Source: Somniosus microcephalus (Eukaryota). Taken from it: 64,000 bases of DNA. Of this stretch, positions 1 to 13,537 are shown in pieces. The notes below the pieces were generated by a model, which saw nothing but the letters and a program-made list of their open reading frames with translations, was not told the origin of the DNA and searched no databases. The position numbers and the translations under genes are program-made. How positions within the stretch are numbered: the first letter of the stretch is position 1; each line of letters opens with the position of its first letter. Location of the stretch: positions 24,800,001 through 24,864,000 of the forward strand of contig CM126219.1 in the NCBI GenBank assembly GCA_052327205.1, in the 5' to 3' direction.

Positions 1-430
1 GCGGCCCTTAAATGACAGCTGGTGGCAGGATAAGCCCGAAAATGTCTTTCTAAGAGTTTTTGTGGGGCTTGGAGGAGCTCCTTATTGTCCCACAGGAAAT
101 AATGCAGGCTGCTACCAGCCCGCGCTCAACCTCCTGTGGACTTAGCTCCCATCCTCCTCATGCCCGACCTCCCAGCCGGCTGGGCGCGGTGGCCGGCTGA
201 TTTCCCGCCCTCCTACAATTGGCGACCTGCGGTGGGATGCCCGCTGCTTGCCGGCAGCTGTCAAACGACACCGGTTTCGGGCGGGTGGCACAGCTGCAAC
301 CTCTGACCTCGTCCCTGTTTCGGGCAGAATTAAAATTCACCCCCAATGTCTCTTTAATGTGAAATACTCGATGTCAATTTACATCAATTTTTAAACAAAT
401 TGTGAATTAATGGAACTTGTTTCCTTCTAG

Positions 431-641
431 ATTGTGTGGCTCCTCCTCTTCCCACTACTGCTGCTCTTCCTGGTGGTAAGTCTAGTCCTGGCAACACCCA
501 ATTTTGCTCTGGCAAATACAATGGTTTGTACACTTACCGAAAAAATAAGAACAGATACTATCAATGCGCTAATGGAGTGACCTACGTGAGAAAACTGGAT
601 TAGTGTTTGATCCTTCCTTCAATTGCTGCAACTGGCCTTGG
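431..641 (+). pseudogene. last exon of an inverted chitinase paralog with frameshifted CBM14 (rest of the gene lies upstream of the window)
   Basis: Acceptor ttccttctag at 421-430. Reads [32 protein letters not shown]...YYQCANGVTYVRKLD* (TAG 601-603). Net 7-nt loss relative to exon 11, a Cys codon TGC->TTC and the original stop TGA->TGG. Confidence 0.85.
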
Positions 642-874
642 AAGTAAAAGGAGGTACATGCACTCTACTGAGATAAATAACAGTGTTGGCTGGACAAATG
701 CAGGTCAGAGCGGGTTCACTTGTACATTCAGGTGCTGTCAACTATCATAGGAACTTGGGAATTGTTAGACGAATAAAGGCCAAGGTCCATCTCGTTCGCC
801 TTCTGCCATCCTGTTAGTTGCATGTTACAATAGAAAGAACGAAAGACTTGCAAGAAAAGAGAATAGCGGGAATA

Positions 875-1274
875 AATAGCGCCTTTCACAACCTCAGGAT
901 CTCCCAAAGCACTTTACAGCCAATGAAGTACTTTTGAAGTGTAGTCACTGTTGTAGAAAATGCAGCAACCAATTAGCGCACAGCAAGGACCCAAAAACAG
1001 CAATGTGATGACGGCCAGTTAATCTGTTTTTTTAGTGATGTTGGTTGAGGGATAAATATTGGCTCGGACACCAGGGAGCAAAATAGTGCCATGGGATCTT
1101 TGACGTCCACCTGAGAGGGCAAACGGCCTCGGTTTAGCGTCTCATGTGCACCTCCGACAGTCCAGCACTCCCTCAGTACTACACTGGAGTGCCAGCCTGG
1201 ATTTTGTGCTCAAATCTCGGGAGTGGGACAACCTCAACCTTCTGACTCGAGGCGAGAGAGCTACCAACTGAACC
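875..1274 (-). mobile_element. tRNA-derived Deu-domain SINE (SacSINE1-like)
   Basis: tRNA-like head at about 1225-1274, conserved core (aatagtgccatgggatc, cgacagt.cagcactccctcagtact), L2-type tail. Confidence 0.75.
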
Positions 1275-1546
1275 AATCACATTGAACATTTCTGATGTCA
1301 GTGGGTTAATGTTAAAGTCGTATTGTTAAACTCGAACACACTGTTGACTTCCAGTCAACACCAATGACCTTCAGTGTAATCAATGAAAAATGTCACCACC
1401 TAATGGAGCGAATTACAACAACCATCAATGTGCTGGCTCGAAGAATTTTGTCTCAACTGAAGACAACGATTGAAACAGAAAAATAAAACATGTTGCAGAG
1501 ATCTGGTTACTTTGTATTTTTTAAATAAATTATCACACTTGCATTT

Positions 1547-4500
1547 TGTAATACATGTGGGTGGAACAAATGAAGGACAGAGACACGATGAGTTGCTAGT
1601 CCATGTGCTGGCTTTATTAGGTCAGAGCGAACTGAGCATGCTCATACCAAACCATGCGACAAACCTCGTGATAATACATTACACTGCTTTCCCCCTTAAA
1701 AAAATGTACATATTCCCCCCTCAAATACAACAAAACTATGGTCCCACCTTTCCCAGCATCACATGTACCACATAACAAAAGCTCCTGGCTTTTTACTTCT
1801 AAATGAACTACAAATCCAGTTTAATAACAGGTTCCTGATCTCCTTACAGAAGGTTTTGGTGTTGAATCAAATTTTGGGCTGTTTGGTTTTGGTTCTGAAC
1901 TCAAAGATGATCCTGTTTCTATCTCAGACTTGTTTGAATCTGGTACTTCAGTTACTGAAGTCTGAACTGAGTCTATAGTAACCTGGAATGTAATGCTTAA
2001 GTTATCCACCAGATGGAGACAAATATTAAGGGATCATATTTACCAGTATTAAGGTAATGTCCTGGCACACCACTTATTAAGGTAGTGGCATTGCATTCTG
2101 GGTATGACTCAGAGGTTGATCCTCCATCTTGGTGATCGCACAGTAAGAATTGGAAGTGCTTTGCCTGTAGCTGTAAGAGATGTTTCTCTGCTACATATGT
2201 ATAATTAAACAGTTACATTTTGGTTCCTGAAGTCTGGCTTATCTCAGTTTCTGACCTTACCACTCGGATATCACATTTGGCGACGAGGCTGAACAGATCT
2301 CATCTTGAAGAAGGAAAAAGAAAAGAAAAGCACAGAATCAAGGAATCATGGCTGCTATGGTAGGACAGCTCTCTGCTTTTGATGTTCAGATGCAGACCTG
2401 GATCGAGTACTGTGAGTTGCTGGAGCATTTCTTTGTAGCAAATGATATAGTTGATGTTGGAAAAAGGAGAGCTATTTTGCTCACTTCCATGGGAAGTCAG
2501 ACGTATAGTTTAATGAGGAAATTATGCAGTCCTGAGAAGCCTGGAAACGTAACATCTGCTAACTTAGTGGCCTTGCTAAAGGAACATTTCAATCCCAGAC
2601 CGAGTGAGATTGTACAGCATTTCAAATTTAATTCACGGAACAGGAAACCGGGAGAGACTGTATTGGATTATGTAGCGGTGTTGAGAAAACTGGCACACGA
2701 TTGCAATTACGGGAACAGTTTGAAAGACATGCTGAGAGATAGGCTTGTTTGCGGGATAATGGATGCTCGAATGCAGAGGAGATTATTGTCCGAGACTGGA
2801 CTTACGTATGAAAGAGCGTTGGAACTTGCTCAAGCCATAGAGACAGCTAACCGTGATGTAAAAGAAATACAAGGTTCAGACTGGGCTACGACAAAGCAAG
2901 TTGGAGGTCCAGTTGTGCACAAGTTAAATATGAGTCAGAAACCACAACATGAGCATGTAAAGGCATGTTATAGATGCAATGGAGATCACCTGGCGAGGGA
3001 ATGCAGGTTTCTGGAGGAAAAGTGCCACAAGTGTGGGGAAAAAAGGACATATAACACGTGCATGCCAAGCAAAAGCTACCCTGGAGGTATACAAACCTAA
3101 AGGGGGAGAAAAGCAAAACCTAGTAAGAGAAGTGAAAAAACAGGGAGCACATCACATCAGCAGAGCAGCTGAGAAAGAAGACGACATGTTCAAATTGCAT
3201 AGCATGGTAGAGGACATTCCAAAAGTGGATCCTATCACTTTGCAACTGATAGTAAATGACTCTAAGGTGAACTTTGAGGTGGATACCGGATGTGGTGTTA
3301 CCATAATGAACAGGGAAGAGTACTCAAAATTGTGGAACCGTGCAAAAGTTCCAGAGTTAAAGTCTTGCTCTATGCAGCTTAAAACCTATACCGGCGAACG
3401 AGTGGCAACATTGGGTACAGCTACTGTAACTGTGAAACACAGGGACACCGTGGAACAGCTACCTGTAGATGTAGTATCGGGTTCTGGGCCAAACTTGTTA
3501 GGTTGGGGCTGGATACGAGAACTTAAATTAGATTGGGGAGCAATAAATCAACTAGAGGGAGGCAAACAATTGTCTTTGCAAGACGTGTTGATTGAACATT
3601 TAATGGCCCCCCAGCTAAGATTTATGTCAACAAGGAGGCACTGCCAAGGTTTTTTAAACAACGACCTGTGCCGTATGCCATGAAACCGAAGGTAGAGGCT
3701 GAGCTTGACTGTCTTTTGAGAGAGAACATTCTGGAACCCATAAAATGTTCAGAATGGGCAGCTCCCATTGTACCTGTTTTAAAACCAGACAATTCGGTAA
3801 GAATCTGTGGAGATTATAAATTGACAGTAAATAGGGTGTCTAAACTTGAACAGTATCCTATTCCTAAAACTGAAGATCTTTTTGCAAACCTGGCTGGAGG
3901 GAAGAAATTCACGAAGCTGGATACGAGTCATGCATACTTGCAGATAACACTAGATGAGGAATCCAAGAAGTATGTAACCATAAATACACACAAGGGTTTG
4001 TTTACCTATAACCATTTACCATTCGGTGTCTCATCTAGTCCAGCTATCTTCCAGAGGACTATCGAGGGTGTACTGCAAGGGATTCCACATGTTTCAATCT
4101 ATCTGGATGATATTCTGGTGACAGGAAGAACCGACCAGGAGCATCTGAGCACTCAGAGAGGTACTACAAAGATTGGATAAGGCTGGGTTACGGCTCAAGA
4201 GGAGTAAGTGCACTTTCCTGAGGAATGAGGCCGTGTTCCTGGGACACAGAGTGGACGCCACCGGGCTCCATCCAATCAAGGAGAAGGTACAAGCACTGCA
4301 GGAGGCCCCAGCTCCTACAAATGTGACTGAGTTAAAAGCTTACCTGGGACTGCTAAACTATTATAACAGGTTTTTACCAAACTTGTCAACAGTGTTAGCA
4401 CCTCTTCACAAACTTCTGCGCAAGGAGACACAGTGGCAGTGGGAAGAGGAACAGAGGGTTTAATTTGAACAGTCCAAGAAACTGATGCTGTCCTCGGATG

Positions 4501-7500
4501 TGCTGGTTCACTACAATGCAGAGAAAGACATCATTCTCTCTTGTGATGCTTCACCTTATGGGGTGGGGGCAGTTCTTTCACACAGCTTGGAAGATGGAAC
4601 AGAAAGACCGATAGGGTTTATGTCTCGAACTCTGACCCCAGCGGAAAAAAACTATTCCCAGTTAGATAAAGAGGGATTAACAGTAATGTTTGGGTTACAG
4701 AGGTTTCACAAGTACATATATGGCAGGAAATTCACCATATGCACCGATCATAAACCTCTTCTATCTCTTTTTAATGAGATGAAAGCAGTACCACAGATGG
4801 TGTCACCCCGGATCCACAGGTGGGCAGTGACGTTGAGGGCATATGAGTATGTCATCATTTACAAGGCGGGCAAGTACCATGGGAACGCAGATGCCTTGAG
4901 CCGTCTTCCACTACCAGGTACACCTATCCGTACAGCTCCAGAGGACAGAGTTTTGATGTTGGAGGACATGGATACGGCAATTGTGACCGCAGAACAAGTA
5001 AGGACATGGACAGGTAAAGATCCAGTACTGTCTAGAGTCCGAGAATATGTGATGAGGGGTTGGCCACAACATCCGGAAGGGACTGATTTCATACCTTACA
5101 GTGTCAGGAAAACAGAGCTGAGTGTGCAGGATGGTTGCATGTTGTGGGGAGCTCGAGTGATTATTCCACAGCCAGCACAACAGGCTATCCTAGTGCAACT
5201 ACATCAGTGTCATCCTGGAGTTTCGCATATGAAAGCATTGGCAAGGAGTTACTTGTGGTGGCCAAAGCTAGATGAGGAGATAGAAAATCTTGTCAAGACA
5301 TGCAGCACTTGTCAAGTACACAGGAAGGCACCAGCAGCAGATCCACTCCACCCCTGGGAGTGGCCGGATAGACCATGGAGAAGATTACATGTAGATTATG
5401 TGGGTCCATTCATGGGAAAGATGTTCCTCATAATCATTGATGCACATTCCAAATGGATGGATGTGTATCCTGTAAATTCTGCTTCATCTACTGTTACTAT
5501 AGACTGCTTGCGTAAGAGTTTTAGTAATCAAGGGATACTGGAGATCGTAGTAAGTGATAATGCCACGTGTTTCGTGAGTACAGAAACAAAAGAATTCATG
5601 AGAAACAATGGCATAGTGCACGTGACCTCAGCTCCATATCATCCATCTTCAAATGGACTTGCGGAGAGAGCCGTACAAACATTTAAGGACATGATGAAAA
5701 AAAGTGCGGAAGGGAGTTTGGCAGCAAAAGTGTCACGAGTTCTGTTCAGCTACAGAATAACACCTCAATCTACCACAGGACTCTCTCCTGCTGAGTTGTT
5801 GTTAGGATGTCAACTACGCTCCACTCTTGACCTGGTTCACCCAGATCTAAAAAGGAAGGTGGAAAACTGACAAATCAAACAAAAGGAGAACCATGACAGA
5901 AGGACAAAGAGCCGCAGTTTTGGAGAATGTGATGCGGTCCTTATCAGGAATTTCAGTCATGGTCCAAAATGGATTCCTGGCATCATAGACTCAATGACCG
6001 GTCCAGTTTCATATACAGTCATGGTGGGAACTGGTCAGGTAGTACGCAGACGTGTGGATCAGATACTGACCAGACAAAGGGAAATTGAACTGGAGGTTCC
6101 AGAGGAAATGTTGGAGGACAAGTTGGTCCCCAGTTATCCAAATGCATTGGTGGTACCAACACCACGAACAGAGCCAGTTATACCTGGACCCCTTTGTCAA
6201 GAGGAAACCATTGTAGCAGAGTCAGATACTCTGAGTACTGCTCAGGAGCAGCAGGTGGTTCTACCACAATCAAGCAGGGACTTGACTGTAAGATGTTCAC
6301 CAAGGTCTCACAAGCCGCCAGCGAGATTGATCATGACCTGCTAGATTCGTTCAGTATGGACTATCGTTAAAGGAGTTTCCTTATGGACTTTTTAAGAATG
6401 TTGTTAAGAAATTATTGTAAACATAAGAGGGGGGGATATAGTAATCTGGGATGTAATGCTTAAGTTATCCACCAGATGGAGACAAATATTAAGGGGTCAT
6501 ATTTACCAGTATTAAGGTAATGTCCTGGCACACCACTTATTAAGATAGTGGCATTGCATTCTGGGTATGACTCAGAGGTTGATCCTCCATCTTGGTGATC
6601 ACACAGTAAGAATTGGAAGTGCGTTGCCTGTAGCTGTAAGAGATGTTTCTCTGCTACATATGTATAATTAAACAGTTAAGTTTTGGTTCCTCAGTTTCTG
6701 ACCTTACCACTCGGATATCACAGAGTCAAACTCACGTATGTATTCATGATCGAGTGGTTCATGATCACTGTCGAATCCAGGCCAGTAAACAGCTTCATGC
6801 AATTGATTTCATACTGACGATCCCTGGATGTTCAGTATGAAGTTCAGCCAGAATTCGATCTCTCAAAGATCTAGGTACCATCACTCTGTTTCCCCACTTG
6901 ATACAACCTTGCTCACAAGGCAATTCAGTATGACGGTTATGGAATGGTTTCAACTCTGTGTCCAGACACTGATCAGTCCATCCATTCAAGGTGTTTTCAT
7001 ACACTCTTTTCAGTACTGAGTCATTTTAAGTCTCATTTGCAATCTCAGTTGCATTCACAGGAAAGTCTTTGTCAACTGCACCTAACGTGAAAATAGCACC
7101 TTCACTCCCAACACACGAGTCCTCATGTGGCAACCTGGACAAGGAATCTGCGATTGTGTTTTGCTTTGAAGTGCGATATTCAATTGTGTAGTCATATTGT
7201 GACAACAACACTGCCCAATGTTGCATTCTTGATGCGGCCATTGCAGGGATGGCAGATTTAGACCCCAATATTGCTCGGAGCAGTTTGTGATCGGTTATCA
7301 GGGTAAACTTTCTGCCGATCAGGAACTGTTGGAATTTCTTGATTCCAAACACTGTGGCGAGTGCTTCCTTTTCAATTTGCGCATAGTTTCTTTCGCTCTT
7401 TGTGAGGGTTCGCGATGCGAACGTGATTGGTTTCTCTTGGCCATCATCCATTACGTGGCTTATGACAGCTCCCACACCGTAGCTGGAAGTATCACACGCT

Positions 7501-7886
7501 AACTTAAGCTCACGCTCTGTGTTGTAGTAAACAAGTAGAGCATCACTAGAGAGACTTCTCTTACAAGCATTGTAAGCTTCCTGTTGCGCTTTCATCCACT
7601 TCCACTGGACATCCTTCTTGAGGAGCTCGTGCAATGGAGCTAACATGGTCACTAACTCAGGTGAGAAACGTGAGTAGTACTGGACCATTCCAAGGCAAGA
7701 TCTTAACTCAGACACATTCTGTGGCTTTGGAGCATTGATGATAGCATCAGCCTTTTCATTCACTGGTTGCAAGCCATTTGCATCAACTTTCAGACCAAGG
7801 TACACAACCTCGGGCTGCACAAAAGCACATTTGCTCTTTTTCAATTTGACATTGTGGGCATTCAACCTTTGCAGCACTATATCTAA
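1547..7886 (-). mobile_element. decayed Gypsy (Mag-like) LTR retrotransposon A, 5'-truncated, integrase core deleted, host of element B
   Basis: 3' LTR 1547-1683 (TGTAAT...ATTACA); PPT at 1684-1698; RT C-terminus and RNase H ORF 7026-7889; integrase zinc-finger remnant 6795-7004. Confidence 0.85.
1974..6722 (+). mobile_element. full-length, frameshifted Gypsy (Mag-like) LTR retrotransposon B
   Basis: LTRs 1974-2275 and 6437-6722; 5-bp TSD GAGTC; PBS TGGCGACGAGG (tRNA-Ser GCU); PPT before 6437; gag with CCHC knuckles, protease DTG, RT YLDD, RNase H and integrase in broken ORFs 2348-6344. Confidence 0.95.
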
Positions 7887-10800
7887 CACAGCAACAAAGG
7901 CAGGCAGGTAGTGCAGGGAACCCCTGCGGACATCCCCCTTTCAAACAAGTATACCAAGTTGGATACTGTTGAGGGGGATGACTTACCAGGGGAAGGCAGC
8001 AGCAGCCAGCTTCCTGGCACCAGGGAAGCTTCTGCTGCTCAGGAAGGGAGGAAAAAGAGTGGGAGAGCAATAGTGGTAGGGGATTCTATCGTAAGGGGAA
8101 CAGATAGGCGTTTCTGTGGCCGCAAACGTGACTCCAGGATGGTTTGTTGCCTCCCTGGGGCCAGGGTCAGGGATGTCACTGAGCGGCTGCAGGGCATTCT
8201 TAAGGGGGAGGGTGAGCAGGCAGAGGTCGTGGTCCACATTGGGACCAACGACATAGGAAGGAAGGGAGATGAGGTCCTGCATCAAGAATTTAGGGAGCTA
8301 GGTAACAGATTAAAGAGCAGGACCTCAAAGGTTGTAATCTCTGGATTACTCCCAGTGCCACGTGCTAGTGAGTATAGGAATGGAAGGATAGAGCAGATGA
8401 ATGCGTGGCTAAGGAGTTGGTGTAGGGGGGAGGGTTTTACTTTCCTGGATCACTGGGCCTGCTTCTGGGAAAGGTGGGACTTGTACAAGTCGGACGGGTT
8501 GCACCTGAACCAGAGCGGGACAAATATCCTTGCGGGGAGGTTTGCTAGCACTGTTGGGGGGGGTTTAAACTAACTTGGCAGGGGGATGGGATACAGAGGG
8601 GAGCTGAAATAGGGGGTGATGTGCTGCCAATTATAGAGAAAAAAACAAGTCAGCTTGGTAGACAGGGCAAACATATAAGGGCAAGGCTGGATGGCATCTA
8701 TTTTAATGCAAGGAGTCTTGCAAATAAGGTGGATGAACTGAAGGTGTTGATAAACACATGGGAGTATGATATTGTTGCTATCACGGAGACATGGTTGAGG
8801 GAGGGGCAAGACTGGCAGCTCAATATTCCGGGGTACAGAATCTTCAGGCGAGACAGAGGGGGAGGTATAAGAGGAGGGGGATTCGCAATATTAATTAAGG
8901 AGTCAATTACTGCAGTAAGGAGGGATGATATATTAGCAGGTTCCTCTAACGAGGCCATATGGGTGGAGCTTAAAAACAAAAAGGGGGCAAGCACTTTGCT
9001 GGGAGTGTACTATAGGCCTCCAAACAGTCAGGGGGAGATAGAGGAACAGATATGTAGGCAAATCTCAGAGAAATATGCAAATAATAGGGTAATAATAATG
9101 GGGGATTTCAACTTCCCCAATATTAACTGGGATAGTCAGAGTGTGAAAGGCTCAGAGGGTGTAGAATTCTTAAAGTGCATCCAGGAGAGCTTTTTGAGCC
9201 AGCATGTAGAAAGTTCTACAAGAGAGGGGGCGGTACTGGACCAATTCTAGGGAATGTGGCTGGCCAAGTGGAAAAAGTGCTAGTAGGTGAGCACTTTGGT
9301 GACAGTGACCATAATATGGTAAGATTTAAGGTGGTCATGGAAAAGGACATGGATGGGCCGGAAATAAAGGTTCTAAATTGGGGGAAGGCCGATTTTAATA
9401 GGATAAGGCAGGATCTGGCCAAAATGGACTGGGATCAGCTACGTGTAGGAAAATCCGCTTCGGAGCAATGGGAGGCTTTCAGAAGGGAGATTGAGATCAT
9501 ACAATGGCAACATGTTCCCGTAAAGGTCAAGGGTGGTTCCAAAAACCACAGGGAACCTTGGATGTCAGGGGATATACAAGAATGGATTAGGAAAAAAAGG
9601 AGGGCTTTTGGCAGATACAAAAGGCTAAAGACGGAGGAAGCCCTAGAGGAGTACAAAAAGTGCAGGGGGATACTTAAAAAAGAAATTAGGAGATGTGAGG
9701 CAAAGGAAGAGGTTGCAGGGGCTCTAACACATATATTCAGGACCTCTCTGGCCACAGGGGATGTGCCAGAGGACTGGAGAACCGCTAATGTAGTACCATT
9801 ATTCAAGAAGAGAAGTAGGGAAAAACCGGGGAACTACAGGCCAGTGAGCCTAACATCAGTGGTAGGAAAATTATTGGAAAAAATTCTGAGGGACAAAATT
9901 TGTCTCCACTTGGAGAGGCAAGGATTAATCAGGAATAGTCAACATGGCTTTGTCAAGGGAAGATCATGTCTGACTAATTTGATTGAATTTTTTGAGGGGG
10001 TGACTAGGTGTGTGGATGAGGGTAACGCAGTGGATGTGGTATACATGGATTTCAGTAAGGCCTTCGATAAAGTCCCGCACAGGAGACTGGTCAAGAAGGT
10101 AAGAGCCCATGGAATCCAGGGTGCCTTGGCACATTGGATACAAAACTGGCTTAGTGGCAGAAGGCAGAGGGTGATGGTCGAAGGTTGTTTTTGTGACTGG
10201 AAGCCTGTGGCCAGTAGGGTACCACAGGGATCGGTGCTGGGTCCCTTGCTGTTTGTGGTCTACATTAATGACTTGGATATGAATGTAAAAGGTATGATCA
10301 GTAAGTTCGCGGATGATACAAAAATTGGTAGGGTGGTAAATAGCGAGGAGGGTAGCCTCAGTCTGCAGGACGATATAGATGGGTTGGTCAGATGGGCGGA
10401 ACAGTGGCAAATGGAATTTAACCCGGAAAAGTGCGAGGTGATGCACTTTGGGGGGACTAACAAGGCAAGGGAATACACAATGAATGGTAAGACCCTAGGC
10501 AAGACGGAGGGTCAGAGGGATCTGGGTGTGCAAGTACACAGATCCCTGAAGGCGGCGGAACAGGTGGATAAGGTGGTAAAAAAGGCATATGGGATACTTG
10601 CCTTCATTAGCCGAGGCATTGAATATAAGAGCAAGGAGGTTATGATGGAGCTGTATAAAACACTGGTTAGGCCACAGCTGGAATACTGTGTGCAGTTCTG
10701 GTCGCCACACTACAGGAAGGATGTGATCGCGTTGGAGAGGGTGCAGAGGAGGTTCACCAGGATGTTACCAGGGCTGGAGCGCTTCAGCTATGAAGAGAGA

Positions 10801-11229
10801 CTGGGCAGATTGGGTTTGTTTTCCTTGGAGCAGAGGAGGCTGAGGGGGGACATGATTGAGGTGTACAAAATTATGAGGGGCATAGATAGGATGGATGCTG
10901 AGGAGCTTTTTCCCTTAGTAGAGGGGTCAATAACTAGGGGGCATAGATTCAAGGTAAAGGGCGGGAGGTTTAGAGGGGATTTGAGAAAGAACTTTTTCAT
11001 CCAGAGGGTGGTTGGAGTCTGGAACTCACTGCCTGAAAGGGTTGTGGAGGCAGGAACCCTCACAACATTTAAGAAGCATTTGGATGAGCACTTGAAATGC
11101 CACAGCATACAAGGCTACGGACCAAATGCTGGAATATGGGATTCGATTAGACAGGGCTTGATGGCCGGCGCGGACACGATGGGCCGAAGGGCCTCTATCC
11201 GTGCTGTATAACTCTATGACTCTATGACT
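7887..11229 (+). mobile_element. CR1 LINE with ORF1 SGNH esterase domain and ORF2 endonuclease-RT (frameshift near 9243, internal deletion near 9692)
   Basis: ORF1 motifs VVGDS, HIGTND, DGLH; endonuclease ITETW and GDFN; RT QGSVLGP and FADD; (ACTCTATG)n tail. Confidence 0.95.
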
Positions 11230-11289
11230 GTATCCGGCGCGTAACTGATTTATTCATCTATCCGTTCGCTGACATTGTAAATGGTTCCC

Positions 11290-11415
11290 GCTCCTTAAGT
11301 ATTCTCCCTCACCCTTTCAAAACCACTGTCAGCACCCCGCTCCTCAAAAAACCCACCCGTGACCCCTCTGTCCTTGCAAACTACCACCCCATCTCCAACA
11401 TCTCATTCCTCTCTT
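11290..11415 (+). mobile_element. L2-type LINE RT fragment
   Basis: Translates to a PLLKKP...DPSVLANY.PISN-like sequence. Confidence 0.55.
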
Positions 11416-11474
11416 CACAGTTCTGCCTGGACTACATCAAGCACTGTCAGGCCTTACTCTACTCTGCCAACATA

Positions 11475-11818
11475 ATGTAGAGAAATACAGCAGCCAATTT
11501 GCACACCGCAAGCTCCCACAAACAGCAATGTGATAATGACCCGATAATCTGTTTTTGACCTTGTTGGTTGAGGAATGTTAACCAAGACACCGGGGATAAC
11601 TCCCCTGCTCTTCTTCAAAATAGTGCCATGGGATCTTTTACTGAGAGCAGACAGGCCCTCAGTTTAACATCTCATCTGAAAGATGGCACCTCTGACACTG
11701 CCACACTCCCTCAGGCACTGCAGTGTCAGTCTAGATTTTGTGCTCAAGTCTCTGCAGTGGGACTGTGAACCTACAGCCCTCTGACTTGGAGGTGAGCGTG
11801 CTGCCCACTGAGCCATGG
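11475..11818 (-). mobile_element. SacSINE1-like SINE
   Basis: Same core and head as 875-1274. Confidence 0.75.
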
Positions 11819-12001
11819 CTGCCACTATTTTTGAAGTGCAGGCACTGATGCTTTGTAGATAAACGTGACAGCCTAGTGTGCACAGCAATGAGAGCAATGG
11901 CCAGTTAACATGTTTTGGTGGTGTTGGTTTAGGGGTGAAAGTTGGGCAGGAAACTAGAAGAACTCCCCAGCTCCGCTGCATAAAGTGCCCCGGCATTCCT
12001 T

Positions 12002-12847
12002 GGGCTGGATTTTGCCAGCCCCGAGGAGGCGAGTATGGAGGCGGGACTGCCGGTAAAATTGCAGAATGTGGGGGCAGATGGCAAACCCGCCCCCATCCCG
12101 CCTCCGTGTCTTTTTGCCAGGAGGCGGGAAGCCGTCCTGCCCCGGGTCCCGTCTCCTCGAGGCGGGAAAGGGATTAACTCCTTTTAACAGCCTGTTAACA
12201 GGCAGTTAACAGGCAGAAAAAAGGATTAGTCCCATTTTACCTTTTCAGGTGAAGGCTTCTCGACCTCGGAGAACCCCGCCGGATTGGAGGAGTCGAGTAC
12301 GAGGTCTGCGGGGGTCAGAGGGGCCTGAAAGTGAGATGTAGAGGTGAGTGATGGGTGCAAGTGTGGAGTGGTAAGTATGTGAGGTGAGTGTTAAGTGTTA
12401 GAAAATGTTCACTTACCTTTGTTTCTGCCTACAGCCTTCAGCCGCTGTGGCTCCGGAGTCCCCGACATCTCCATTGTAGATTTCACAGACTGGCTGTTGG
12501 ATCCTCCGAACCAACAATCATCTGCTTTCTACAAGGTTGCAAGTATTGATGAGTCCTGAATAAAAGGGCTCATCAAACTACACAGAATGTCAGTGTTTGA
12601 CAGCTTCACAGAGCTGTCAAACACTGACATTTCTTCTTTCAAGAAGTCTTGACAGATGGCACGTCAGACATTGACGTGATCTGTCACTGACTTCCCCCTA
12701 ATTGGCCTGCTGAACCCGCAGAGCAGGCTTAACAAGGTCAATCAGGGGAAAATCCCGCTGGTTGGTCAGAAGCTGATGGAGGCAGGACTGAGACCCGACA
12801 AGCAGCATTCCCGCCTCGAGTACGCCTCCATTCACAAAATCCAGCCC
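12002..12847. mobile_element. non-autonomous PIF/Harbinger-type element inserted in a SINE
   Basis: TIR GGGCTGGATTTTG / CAAAATCCAGCCC; 3-bp TSD CTT. Confidence 0.85.
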
Positions 12848-13537
12848 CTTATGTCCACCTAAACAGTCAGACTGGGCCTCGGTTTAACATCTCAGCTTGG
12901 TGCCAGGAATCCGGCTCTGCCATCAGGCTGGTAGGGAGGCGGGCGATAGGGGAGTGGGAGTTTGGCATTAGGCTGATGTGGGGGAAGAGGTTTGGAAGAG
13001 TGGAATTTTGGAATCAGGCCATTGGGAGGTAAATAATGGGGGCAAACAGGGCTTGAGGTGGTGAGTGGGGGTTAGGAGGATATGTGGGCTGAGGGGGTGA
13101 GAGGGAGAAGGGGAGGTGCAGATGGGGACCGAGGAGTAAGTTAATTAAATTAAATCAGCTTCAACGACCAGGTGGACATCTCCAGAGTAAATTAATTCAA
13201 TAAAATGTGCCTTTGGTGGGAGGGGAAGCAGGCTTGGTGTAAAAACAATGGGAGTTTGAAAGGAGTAAAAGTGAATTAAAAACCTTACTTGTAAGAAATT
13301 AAATTTAAAAGTTCCGCAAGAGCTGACAGGCGAGCTCGCTGTGGGTGGAGCTGGGAGGCTGAATTTGGTGAGGCAGCAGTGCCCTCTGGTGTTGGAAGGG
13401 CTGAAAGGCAGGCGTAATGGGGCAGACACGAACCATACAGTATCTGCCAGCTAAAAGCAACACCCAGGCACAACACCCAGGTGTGACAAATTCACAACAC
13501 AGAAAGTAGGTAAACGCATGCTATATACAAAACCTAT

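Larger units (their letters stand above)
1..1546. repeat. left arm of an inverted segmental duplication (partner about 28857-33045)
   Basis: Reverse-complement similarity across intron MITE, last exon, 3' flank, a shared SINE and distal flank. Confidence 0.9.

Noticed and set aside
7911-8573. Captured host esterase gene
   Set aside because: The SGNH esterase domain is a known part of CR1-group ORF1.
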